64,000 bases of DNA from Patescibacteria group bacterium UBA2135. Its GTDB lineage: Bacteria > Patescibacteriota > Minisyncoccia > Phycocordibacterales > UBA2135. Shown piece by piece: positions 1 to 8,079 of the stretch (the first letter of the stretch is position 1; each line of letters opens with the position of its first letter). The translations under genes and the position numbers were made by a program. The notes beneath the pieces were generated by a model, which was not told where the DNA came from, did not search any database, and saw only the letters and a list, made by a program, of their open reading frames with translations. The stretch is from positions 6,981 through 70,980 of the forward strand of contig DCXN01000003.1 of assembly GCA_002327685.1 (NCBI GenBank). Reading direction: 5' to 3'.

Positions 1-153
1 CGGAACTATCCCAAAACAATAGAGTTTGCACGAAAAATAATGCTCCTTTGTAGGCTGCCAGAAGAATCCGAAATCAAAGACGAGATATTCGGCAAGCTCT
101 CACAACCACTACAAGAGCTTCTTCAAGAAGTGATTGCCAAGTGGCGACCATAA
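1..153 (+). CDS. 3' end of a hypothetical protein (truncated by window)
   Basis: Open frame RNYPKTIEF...IAKWRP* followed by a hairpin and T-tract at 181-214. Confidence 0.55.
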   Translation, partial: RNYPKTIEFARKIMLLCRLPEESEIKDEIFGKLSQPLQELLQEVIAKWRP

Positions 154-180
154 TCTACTCTTGCCAACAGTCCACAAAAC

Positions 181-214
181 AAAGGCGTCCTCACAACCAC
201 GAGGACGTTTTTTT
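181..214 (+). terminator. Intrinsic terminator
   Basis: GGCGTCCTC...GAGGACGTT stem followed by TTTTT. Confidence 0.6.
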
Positions 215-235
215 ACACCCCCCCCTTTTTTTTCT

Positions 236-301
236 CCGCAAGGCCCGGCCTTACATGGGGATAACCTGTTGATAAACTACCCCGCAAGGCCGGGCCTTGC
301 G
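236..301. repeat. REP doublet family A, copy 1
   Basis: CCGCAAGGCCCGGCCTTACATGGGGATAA-n-CCCCGCAAGGCCGGGCCTTGCG; repeated through 0-21 kb. Confidence 0.9.
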
Positions 302-391
302 AATCAATAAACTTTTACAAAAAAGGCTGCCACACAGACACCGTGTCTGTGTGGCAGCCAATGAAACGCGTAGTCTTTAGCCCGTCGAAAC

Positions 392-991
392 CTAACCATT
401 AAGACAACGTTGCTCAAAATATTCCAGTCCAGCAGGCGCAAACTTTCCTTCGCGTGCATCAAATCTCATCATGGAAGAAAATGCGTTTTCGAAGAACCTT
501 GGATCGTGGTGTTTCTCAGCAATCTTACGTCGCCGATCTGAATCTGCAAAAATCGCAATCGGCAAAACATGAAGATCAACAAGTGGCATCTCGAGCAAAT
601 CTCGGATGTCAAGATCATTTCTCGAAAACCCAAACCATCCCTCAGAGAGCCGTGTAAGATTATCTCTAAGGAATGCGTTACTAGAATCTCCCGTCAGGCC
701 TTTAGTGAATTCAACCGATAGAACGTTCGAGTAGAATCCCCTATCAAAGACCATGAGATCAATGTCACCCACCTCGTCGGAATCGTTCGATTTGGCAGTA
801 GAGCCAAAAAGGATGATTTCCACAATACTCGGATCCAGTGCTTCGGTATCCTTATTTTTCATCGCCGACATTATGGAAAGAGTGCCCATAATGGTTTGAT
901 TTGTTGCGGAGGTTCTTTCGACTTGCCGTGAACCAGAGAGAATGAGCTGGGCAATTTTTTCTGCCCATTCAAGAGCTTCCGTACGTTTCAT
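392..991 (-). CDS. Nucleotidyltransferase (Pol-beta/MNT-like) domain protein
   Basis: ILFGSTAK...GDIDL motif plus a later VDL; own sigma70 promoter at 1044-1075; perfect palindrome at 325-359 downstream. Confidence 0.75.
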   Translation of the reverse strand: MKRTEALEWAEKIAQLILSGSRQVERTSATNQTIMGTLSIMSAMKNKDTEALDPSIVEIILFGSTAKSNDSDEVGDIDLMVFDRGFYSNVLSVEFTKGLTGDSSNAFLRDNLTRLSEGWFGFSRNDLDIRDLLEMPLVDLHVLPIAIFADSDRRRKIAEKHHDPRFFENAFSSMMRFDAREGKFAPAGLEYFEQRCLNG

Positions 992-1217
992 GGTATTAAC
1001 CTCTCAGCTTTGTTCGTTTTCGGAAAATAAAGCTAACTCCAACTACATTATACACGATAATAAGTATTTGTCAAGAGGCGCCACAGCCTAGACATCAAAC
1101 CCCTATCTCCTACCACCCCTCCCTCCAAAACACACCAAATCACCACCAAACACCCTAAAGCCCCAAAATGCCCCGCATTTGGGGGTTTCATCTAAAAAAA
1201 CAACGAAAATCCTTAAC

Positions 1218-1853
1218 CTATATCACCCCCATCTTATCCACCAAAACCTCATGCGGATAGTCAAAAACGTCCCGAATAAATTTATCATATACACTTTTCC
1301 TATAGAGAAAATCATCTGTTTTAAGCACTGAATATTGCAATTCCCGCCCTATTTCAGACTCCAAATTCTTAAGAGATACCTTAATAATCCGATGTTTAAG
1401 ATGATCCCCCACCACAAGAACATCAATACGTCCGCGATTTTCAGTCCGCTCAAGCTCATCAACAAATATCCCAGATACCACAAGCAATTTCAATCTCCCA
1501 ACTTTTTTAAAACGATTAACAATATTTTCTTTCTGAAATGAATCACTATTCAAAAGAATATGCCGCAATGGCTCAATATATTGAAAATTCTCATCCAAAA
1601 CCCAGCCACGAACCTTTCGCTTCACAACCTTCTCCCCGCTTTTTGTTTTCTTTACCACTTCTTTAACAAAATTCTTTCGTTTTATGAGCCCAAGACTATG
1701 AATATATGCAAGTTCACGTCTCGTAGTATCAGCAAGTACTTGTGTGCGCATTCGCACATCTTTCGTCTCAAACGACACACCCGGATTAAACAAAAACAGC
1801 CGCATTATTTTCACATACGCAGTACTCCCAAATAATTTAGTAAGAATATCCAT
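1218..1853 (-). CDS. Conserved hypothetical protein (N-terminal wHTH-like, degenerate NTase-like C-terminus)
   Basis: 211-aa ORF with LFGS...R..RLFL N-terminus and IDVLVVGD segment. Confidence 0.75.
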   Translation of the reverse strand: MDILTKLFGSTAYVKIMRLFLFNPGVSFETKDVRMRTQVLADTTRRELAYIHSLGLIKRKNFVKEVVKKTKSGEKVVKRKVRGWVLDENFQYIEPLRHILLNSDSFQKENIVNRFKKVGRLKLLVVSGIFVDELERTENRGRIDVLVVGDHLKHRIIKVSLKNLESEIGRELQYSVLKTDDFLYRKSVYDKFIRDVFDYPHEVLVDKMGVI

Positions 1854-1922
1854 GATAGATTTTTAACGAGCGTAGCGAGTATAAAAATCATCAAAATATA
1901 ATCACTTCGCTCATTATTTTAT
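1854..1922. repeat. Back-to-back GNA-loop hairpin pair (empty two-ended element)
   Basis: GATTTTTAACGAGCGTAGCGAGTATAAAAATC then AAAATATATAATCACTTCGCTCATTATTTT; the first is nearly identical to 4559-4597. Confidence 0.75.
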
Positions 1923-2001
1923 CAATTGTACCACCATTAAAACACCTGCCAACTTGACAACCCACAAAGCTCTCCCTCCCAACACCGTCCCACCCCCCCC
2001 G

Positions 2002-2061
2002 CCGCAAGGCCCGGCCTTACATGGGGATAAGTTGTGGAAAACCTACCCCGCAAGGCCGGGC
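2002..2061. repeat. REP doublet family A, copy 2
   Basis: Same consensus; second palindrome degenerate. Confidence 0.85.
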
Positions 2062-2140
2062 ATTAAAGAGAAACTTACAGATTTTTCACCACCACGCAAA
2101 AGAGCCCCTCTTAACTAGAGGGGCCCTTCACACAGAACAG

Positions 2141-2569
2141 TTATACTCCATACTTCTGCACCAACGCTAAGAATTTTTTTAATTCTTGCAACAGTTCGTT
2201 AAGAGGAACTTCCTTAAAAAGCACGACACGGCTTGCTCCGTCAAAATCTCCTTCATATTCATACCCAAGACGCCTATTAAGACTTTTCTGAAATTCCACG
2301 GAATGCGTTAAGAACGCATCACGGCCATAATACGAGGCAAGCAAGCGAATCCAGATTTCAGCGACACCTTGTCTTATTTTCTCGCCATCATGCCTCACCT
2401 CAAAAGTATCCACAGGGAGAGTCCATTTCTTAGGGAAAGAAGAAGGAATAAGAAACGTTGCTTCTCCGTCACCTCCGTTACGTTCAACACATAAACCCAC
2501 GGACTGAACAATACCTTCAAATGTAGAAAAATATGACATCCTTTCCATCACACACCTCTTCCATGCCAA
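2141..2569 (-). CDS. Hypothetical protein
   Basis: 142-aa ORF followed by hairpin GCCCCTCT...AGAGGGGC. Confidence 0.65.
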   Translation of the reverse strand: MAWKRCVMERMSYFSTFEGIVQSVGLCVERNGGDGEATFLIPSSFPKKWTLPVDTFEVRHDGEKIRQGVAEIWIRLLASYYGRDAFLTHSVEFQKSLNRRLGYEYEGDFDGASRVVLFKEVPLNELLQELKKFLALVQKYGV

Positions 2570-2775
2570 TTATTAACTTTCTAAAATAACCATAACACCA
2601 TAACGCACTGAAAGAAAGGAAACAATAGCCCCACACCGCCGCCGCAGGGAAAAACGAGTTAAGCACAGAGAATTATATCTTGTATACCAACTTCACGAAC
2701 AGAGAAGTTAAAATTGAACAAGAAAAGAAAAGCCACTCAACCGAGAAGGTCAAGTGGCTACTAATCAAGAGTTGA

Positions 2776-3240
2776 TCAAGCAACGGAAGCGTCGTTTTCT
2801 TGTTGAATTTTTTCGGCCAAAATGGCGCGCACTCCTTCGGGCTCCTGCATAAATTGCTTGAAAAGCTCATCCGCCGCTTGTCTATGTTGATCTTCTTCCG
2901 ATAACTGCTGCATCCTGGTTCGCTTCAGAGAGTCGTCAATAGACTGCAGCACTTCAATCAACGGCGTTCTGAGCTTAGCTCTCGGAACATCTTTCGCGTC
3001 CACGCCAAGAGCTTTGAGCATCCAGCGCAAGTTGAGCTGATGTCCACGATAACGCATTTCAGAGATTGTCTGAGACACGAAAAACATTCCGCTGAATGGT
3101 CCATCTCCTCCAGTATCCTCAATAATCTTATTACACAAAGCAATGCATTCATCACAGATATGCACTGCCGGACCAGCAATGAGCTTATGGACTTCATGCT
3201 GACTTTTACCGCAGAATGAACAATCTAAGGCTTTAGGCAT
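2776..3240 (-). CDS. ClpX C4-type zinc-binding domain fused to an unrelated helical domain
   Basis: [30 protein letters not shown]; no AAA+ domain; start set at MPKAL after AAGGGAG. Confidence 0.8.
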   Translation of the reverse strand: MPKALDCSFCGKSQHEVHKLIAGPAVHICDECIALCNKIIEDTGGDGPFSGMFFVSQTISEMRYRGHQLNLRWMLKALGVDAKDVPRAKLRTPLIEVLQSIDDSLKRTRMQQLSEEDQHRQAADELFKQFMQEPEGVRAILAEKIQQENDASVA

Positions 3241-3360
3241 ATCAAAACTCCCTTTGAACAACAAACGATAGAGTCCTAATCTATTGCTATTGTAACATAA
3301 ATAAAACTAATGTCAACAAGATATGTACACAAAATATTCCTAAAACACCCTAAACCGCCG

Positions 3361-3426
3361 CCGCAAGGCCCGGCCTTACATGGGGATAACCTGTGCATAA
3401 ACCACCCCGCAAGGCCGGGCCTTGCG
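3361..3426. repeat. REP doublet family A, copy 3
   Basis: Same consensus, downstream of the rplL terminator. Confidence 0.9.
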
Positions 3427-3499
3427 TAAGCTCCTCGCATGCCACACACAAAAAGCCCCTACAAAAGGGACTTTCCGCTCAAACCACTCAAAAAAACAA

Positions 3500-3940
3500 T
3501 TACTTCAACTCAACCTTCCCCCCTGCCTCTTCAATCTTCTTTTTCATATCTTCCGCGTCTTCCTTCTTCACCCCTTCCTTAAGCATAGCCGGCACACCAT
3601 CAACAAGATCTTTCGCATCCTTAAGCCCAAGACCAAGTATCTCTTTTACAGCTTTGATAACCTGTATTTTTTGTTCTCCGCTAGAAGTAAGCTCAACATT
3701 AAATACAGATTTCTCCTCCGCCGCTCCACCAACATCTCCACCTGCAGGAGCAGCAGCAACAGCCGCAACAGCTTGCGCCGACACGCCAAATTTCTTTTCC
3801 AAAACCTTAACCAATTCAGAAAGATCAAGAACACTCATTTTCTCAATCTCCTCAACTAATTTCTTAAATTTTTCAGGAACCTCTACAACCTCGTCCTGCT
3901 GTGATTCCTCTTTAGATTCAGATTTCGTTTCTTCAACCAT
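3500..3940 (-). CDS. rplL: 50S ribosomal protein L7/L12
   Basis: [24 protein letters not shown]...[10 protein letters not shown]. Confidence 0.98.
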   Translation of the reverse strand: MVEETKSESKEESQQDEVVEVPEKFKKLVEEIEKMSVLDLSELVKVLEKKFGVSAQAVAAVAAAPAGGDVGGAAEEKSVFNVELTSSGEQKIQVIKAVKEILGLGLKDAKDLVDGVPAMLKEGVKKEDAEDMKKKIEEAGGKVELK

Positions 3941-3944
3941 GTTA

Positions 3945-4027
3945 CTAGGCTCTAGATTTTAGGCTCTAGGCTCTAGGAAAGAATCCGTGTTCCGTCCTAA
4001 AGCCTAATGCCTAATGCCTAATGCCTT
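3945..4027. repeat. Inverted heptamer array in the rplJ-rplL spacer
   Basis: (TAGGCTC)n ... (GCCTAAT)n. Confidence 0.8.
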
Positions 4028-4036
4028 TGTTAATTA

Positions 4037-4558
4037 TTAATTCTTCGCCTCCGCGACCTGGTGCAACACACTCACAAACGACTGCGTCATCCCATTTAAC
4101 ACCTGAACAGTCTGCTGAACAGGCGCGTTTATAACCATAACAAATTGCCCAAGAAGAACTTCTCGAGAAGGTATCTTCGCAAGAGCAACAACCTCTTCTT
4201 TCCTCAAATACCTTTTTTCAAGAATACCACCCACAGCCGATACCGCATTTTCAAATTTCTTCTGAAATTCCGCGATACCCTTTGCCGGCAAAACCATATC
4301 CTCACCATAAGCAAGCGCAATTTCTCCCTCAAGCTCCGGCAAATCCCCTTCCATCTCAGCATCTTGAAGTACTCGCTTAAGCAATGTTTTCTTCACTACA
4401 ACATACGAAACCCCCTCCTTACGAAGCGCGCTCCGCATTTCACTTGCGTCAGTTACAGACAACCCATGAAAATTAACAAACACAACAGAGTTCGCATTCT
4501 CCACTACATCAGCAGCCTGTTTGACGATTTCTTCTTTTTTCTGTTTTGTTAAAGCCAT
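4037..4558 (-). CDS. rplJ: 50S ribosomal protein L10
   Basis: MALTKQKKEE, GLSV, VVKKTL, LAKIPSREVLL; directly upstream of rplL. Confidence 0.97.
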   Translation of the reverse strand: MALTKQKKEEIVKQAADVVENANSVVFVNFHGLSVTDASEMRSALRKEGVSYVVVKKTLLKRVLQDAEMEGDLPELEGEIALAYGEDMVLPAKGIAEFQKKFENAVSAVGGILEKRYLRKEEVVALAKIPSREVLLGQFVMVINAPVQQTVQVLNGMTQSFVSVLHQVAEAKN

Positions 4559-4899
4559 GATAGATTTTTAACGAGCGCAGCGAGTATAAAAATCATCACC
4601 CCCTCACTCGAAAATTAATTGGAAATGCTTCTTTTTATTCTCCTCTTTAAACTAATAAGAGCCCCCGCTCTTCGCTTAATTTGCCGTTCTCTTTCACGAG
4701 CATCCTGTTCTGATTTATACGCTTCATAATACACAACATCAAATGGCTTTCTATTTTCTGTTGATGACACATTTCCATTATTATGTTCTTTCACTCTTTT
4801 CTGTAAATCACTGGTATATCCAAAATATAAATCTTTATCTTTCAATGATTGTAATGTGTAGAAAAAGAACATAATAATTAATTTTCGAGTGATGGGGGT
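4559..4899. mobile_element. Inverted-repeat-bounded element carrying a GIY-YIG gene
   Basis: ACCCCCTCACTCGAAAATTAATT (4598-4620) and AATTAATTTTCGAGTGATGGGGGT (4876-4899); GNA hairpin at 4559-4597. Confidence 0.75.
4615..4872 (-). CDS. Small GIY-YIG nuclease
   Basis: FYTLQS...LYFGYTSDLQKRVKEHN...YYEAY...ARERERQIK. Confidence 0.9.
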   Translation of the reverse strand: MFFFYTLQSLKDKDLYFGYTSDLQKRVKEHNNGNVSSTENRKPFDVVYYEAYKSEQDARERERQIKRRAGALISLKRRIKRSISN

Positions 4900-4907
4900 T
4901 AAGAATT

Positions 4908-5028
4908 AAAAAGAGTCCTTCAAACAAAGGACCGGAGAAACGCTAGCCAACAAAATGGCTAACGAACAATTTCGACCTCGGCAGGACTTCTCGCGAGCTA
5001 CGCTCACGCGCCTACTGTCTCCGATCTT
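4908..5028 (-). ncRNA. Ribosomal protein L10 leader (autoregulatory attenuator)
   Basis: Minus strand GAGACAGUAGG...CCUGCCGAGGUC, then terminator-like GUCCUU-UGUUUG-AAGGAC-UCUUUUU; upstream of rplJ. Confidence 0.8.
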
Positions 5029-5038
5029 AGATAAAGTA

Positions 5039-5066
5039 AGTATATTCAATTTAGCCCCCTTGTCAA
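5039..5066 (-). promoter_or_regulatory. sigma70 promoter for rplJL
   Basis: TTGACA-16nt-TATACT on the minus strand. Confidence 0.7.
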
Positions 5067-5197
5067 TGCTTCAAATACTTAAACTTTAAATATTTAAACT
5101 CTTCCGTCTTTAACAAGAAACCAGCCGCCAATAAATTGGCGGCCGATAAGCCCATATCCATTAACCCCACTTCTAGCCATCTTCTTAAAATGACCAA

Positions 5198-5413
5198 TTA
5201 AGCGCGGTGGCCATGAACCGGACATCCTGGCCAAAACCTGTGAACACTCGGACAAGTACATTTATACTTCTTCCCCATTCTCTTTGTTTCTTTCCTCATC
5301 CTTTTCTTCATTTTTTTTCTTAACTCTTTCTTCGCCTCCTTCAACTCTTCCCTCATCTTTTTCTTCGCTTCTTTATTCAACTTTTCACCTAGCGTTTGGA
5401 CACCCTTCGCCAT
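5198..5413 (-). CDS. Small Lys-rich protein with C-terminal CxC...CPxH motif
   Basis: GAGGAG RBS; shares a 92-bp upstream module with 5626-5823. Confidence 0.7.
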   Translation of the reverse strand: MAKGVQTLGEKLNKEAKKKMREELKEAKKELRKKMKKRMRKETKRMGKKYKCTCPSVHRFWPGCPVHGHRA

Positions 5414-5912
5414 GATCTTACTCCTCTAGTCTTAGGTTTATGTGAACCAATCTGTCACCTATATAACACAACTTACAATTTAACACCAGCGTTGCAAGAA
5501 AATTACAAAAAAGCAGGCCGCCCGCTTCGCCACCACCCGCTCCGACGAGTCGGAGACGAGGCGAGAGGCAAGCAAACGACCCGTTACAAGACTTCTTCCC
5601 TATTCTCTTCATCTCTGTGTCTTTATCAGATATCCATGTCATCAATCGACACCCTCATCCCCTCTGCCATTTTTTTATCCGCCTCTTCTTTCTCTTTTAC
5701 TTTAGCCAATTTACCACTATCCACCACCATGATCGAATTAATCCTATCAATCGTCTTCTCCATTTTCTCCATTTTTTTCTTTAATTCTGCCACTTGTACT
5801 TCAATCTCCTCCAAAGTCGACATAATCTTACTCCTCTAGTCTTAGGTTTATGTGAACCAATCTGTCACCTATATAACACAACTTACAATTTAACACCAGC
5901 GTTGCAAGAAAA
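5411..5912 (-). repeat. Duplicated 92-bp promoter/RBS module (5411-5502 and 5821-5912)
   Basis: Direct repeat with one mismatch, each copy ending at the ATG of a different small ORF. Confidence 0.9.
5626..5823 (-). CDS. Small coiled-coil hypothetical protein
   Basis: 65 aa, GAGGAG RBS. Confidence 0.7.
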   Translation of the reverse strand: MSTLEEIEVQVAELKKKMEKMEKTIDRINSIMVVDSGKLAKVKEKEEADKKMAEGMRVSIDDMDI

Positions 5913-5937
5913 AAGGCAGACTACGAACAGTCTGCCC

Positions 5938-6285
5938 TCACATATCTTTAGTCGAATGAATCTCAAATCCTTCATCCTGAACATCCTGAGCCCACCGCGT
6001 ATCTTTCCCAAGATACGGATTATGATCCTTACACACCCTATATTTCTCTAATTTTACACTTCCCTCACTTCCGCCACTTCGCAAATCACGTGATGCTGAC
6101 TTACCCGGCGGAATAAAAAAAACGGTAAATTGAGCTTTGTTTAAACATTTTTCTCCCGTATTCGTATGCGGACACTCGCAACAAATCTCCCGCAAAACCT
6201 TGCCCTTCCTAAATTTTCTAAACATCCTAAACTTTCTCAAAAAAGCAAACCAATTCCACAACATCAGCTTACCTCCTTTTTTCAA
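5938..6285 (-). CDS. Hypothetical Cys/His-containing protein
   Basis: CCEC...C...CKDH; start may be the Met after AGGAGG. Confidence 0.6.
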   Translation of the reverse strand: MKKGGKLMLWNWFAFLRKFRMFRKFRKGKVLREICCECPHTNTGEKCLNKAQFTVFFIPPGKSASRDLRSGGSEGSVKLEKYRVCKDHNPYLGKDTRWAQDVQDEGFEIHSTKDM

Positions 6286-6330
6286 ATCTCCAAACTAACC
6301 ACATCTTACCACCTTATCGCCGCGCTATCG

Positions 6331-6397
6331 CCGCAAGGCCCGGCCTTACATGGGGATAAACTGTGGAAAACCTACCCCGCAAGGCCCGGCCTTGCGG
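6331..6397. repeat. REP doublet family A, copy 4
   Basis: Same consensus. Confidence 0.9.
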
Positions 6398-6439
6398 GTT
6401 TTTATATCCCACCCCTAAACACAAAATCACCTCATTTCC

Positions 6440-6622
6440 TAGAGCCTATTCACAATCTCGCCGCAAGTGAAAGAAATACTGCTCGCCGGCCAAAATCTCG
6501 AAATTCAGGCTGCAAATTATTCAAGACTCGTCGCCATATCTCGATATGCCTCCTCGTCTTTCATAATTTTCGCTCTGAATTTCGAAATTTATGGCTCGGC
6601 GCGAGATCGTAAACAGGCTCTA
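6440..6622. mobile_element. MITE (~183 bp)
   Basis: 22-bp TIR TAGAGCCTATTCACAATCTCGC / GCGAGATCGTAAACAGGCTCTA (3 mismatches), TA at both ends, self-complementary interior. Confidence 0.7.
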
Positions 6623-6793
6623 ACGTCTCAAAATTAAAGCATCATTTTTTAAAAAACAATCCCGAAAATACATTATAAATTAAGGGTATTTTAGGAGCAT
6701 AAACAATCACCAAAAAACACTTGACAAACAGATTTAACCATGATACACTCTACATGGAGACTAGAACTTCACACTTGACTAGGAGGACATCAA

Positions 6794-7210
6794 ATGTCCA
6801 AAAAGGATGCGACGAAAGAAAGACAGCCCAGCGGTCCTTTCAGCGGACTCAGGTCTTGGCTACGTAAAGCCAAAACACCGGAGACCAGCCTAACAGCTAG
6901 CTCCCCAGAGAACCAGCCTGAAAAGCAACCGCCAGAGCTAGTCTTGACGCATCAAACCCATAAGCACAAACGGATCGGCTCGATCAGTGTATCGGTGCCA
7001 GTGCTCGCCAAAGGGAAAATTCTCACCCTTAACTCCCGCCAAGACAAGGGTCAGACACCATTGACTCGTGTCTTATTCAACGAGGTAGCAGGGATCGAGG
7101 GTATGATACTTCGACAGCACAGGGTTCAGATCAGAAGAGTCAAGGGTTCTCACTGGAACCAAATCTTTCCCGATGCAGAAAAAGTTATCCGTCAACATCT
7201 GACGGGCTAA
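6794..7210 (+). CDS. Hypothetical protein
   Basis: TTGACA-17-TACACT promoter at 6721-6749, AGGAGG RBS, terminator at ~7229-7259. Confidence 0.75.
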   Translation: MSKKDATKERQPSGPFSGLRSWLRKAKTPETSLTASSPENQPEKQPPELVLTHQTHKHKRIGSISVSVPVLAKGKILTLNSRQDKGQTPLTRVLFNEVAGIEGMILRQHRVQIRRVKGSHWNQIFPDAEKVIRQHLTG

Positions 7211-7274
7211 TACGCCCGTCACAAAACCAGCCGGCCCACACAGGGTCGGCTTTGTTTTTCACCCCCTCCCTCCG

Positions 7275-7341
7275 CCGCAAGGCCCGGCCTTACATGGGGA
7301 TAACTTGTTGATAAACTGCCCCGTAAGGCCGGGCCTTGCGG
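7275..7341. repeat. REP doublet family A, copy 5
   Basis: Same consensus. Confidence 0.9.
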
Positions 7342-7400
7342 AAACAAAAACACGACCGAACCTTTTGGGTTCGATCGTATAAAAATTGACACATATCTAT

Positions 7401-7823
7401 TCAGCCACCTGTATTCTCATCACCGTCACCTTGCGCCACAAAATGTTTCTCCGCACCACGACGTGTTACAAAAGCAAACATAAACGCGCCAACATAAAAA
7501 GAAAGAAGAAAGCCAATAATAAGCCAAAGTGGTGTTAAAGACCAAAACGAGATTTCAAAAAGGACTATCGCAAAAAGCATAAGAATGAAAATTTTGACGT
7601 GTGTATAAATCCAAGATTTTTTATGGCGAACTTGCGCCAATAGACCAAAAGCAAACGGGGTAATCAATATACCGATTACTCCAAGAGGTTCTATCGCAAA
7701 ATACATTCCGGTCATTCCGGAAGATTCTATACTTGTTACCGCCACAAAATACATTCTAGCTATCAAACCAAGACCCAAACTGCCCAACAATACCGGAAGT
7801 GTAGACCAGTTAATAATGCGCAT
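7401..7823 (-). CDS. Small membrane protein (about 4 TM)
   Basis: Hydrophobic segments; AAGGA RBS. Confidence 0.75.
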   Translation of the reverse strand: MRIINWSTLPVLLGSLGLGLIARMYFVAVTSIESSGMTGMYFAIEPLGVIGILITPFAFGLLAQVRHKKSWIYTHVKIFILMLFAIVLFEISFWSLTPLWLIIGFLLSFYVGAFMFAFVTRRGAEKHFVAQGDGDENTGG

Positions 7824-7957
7824 GATAATTTCCTTTCATATCTATTCGCATTTATTCACATTTCTGCGATAAACTCATGAGACTTATGTAACTTCTAAAA
7901 CTAAGTATCCCCAAAAACATTTTTTTGTCAACAGTCAACACACCACCCCACACCCCG

Positions 7958-8024
7958 CCGCAAGGCCCGGCCTTACATGGGGATAAGTTGTTGATAACCC
8001 ACCCCGCAAGGCCGGGCCTTGCGG
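7958..8024. repeat. REP doublet family A, copy 6
   Basis: Same consensus. Confidence 0.9.
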
Positions 8025-8079
8025 CATACCCAACCTTTCCCCCCCCACACAACACTGCTCTTACCTAACCACAGCCCAC

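Noticed and set aside
392-991. Nucleotidyltransferase as a CBASS/cGAS-like or MNT-HEPN system
   Set aside because: No recognisable effector or HEPN partner is adjacent in the window.
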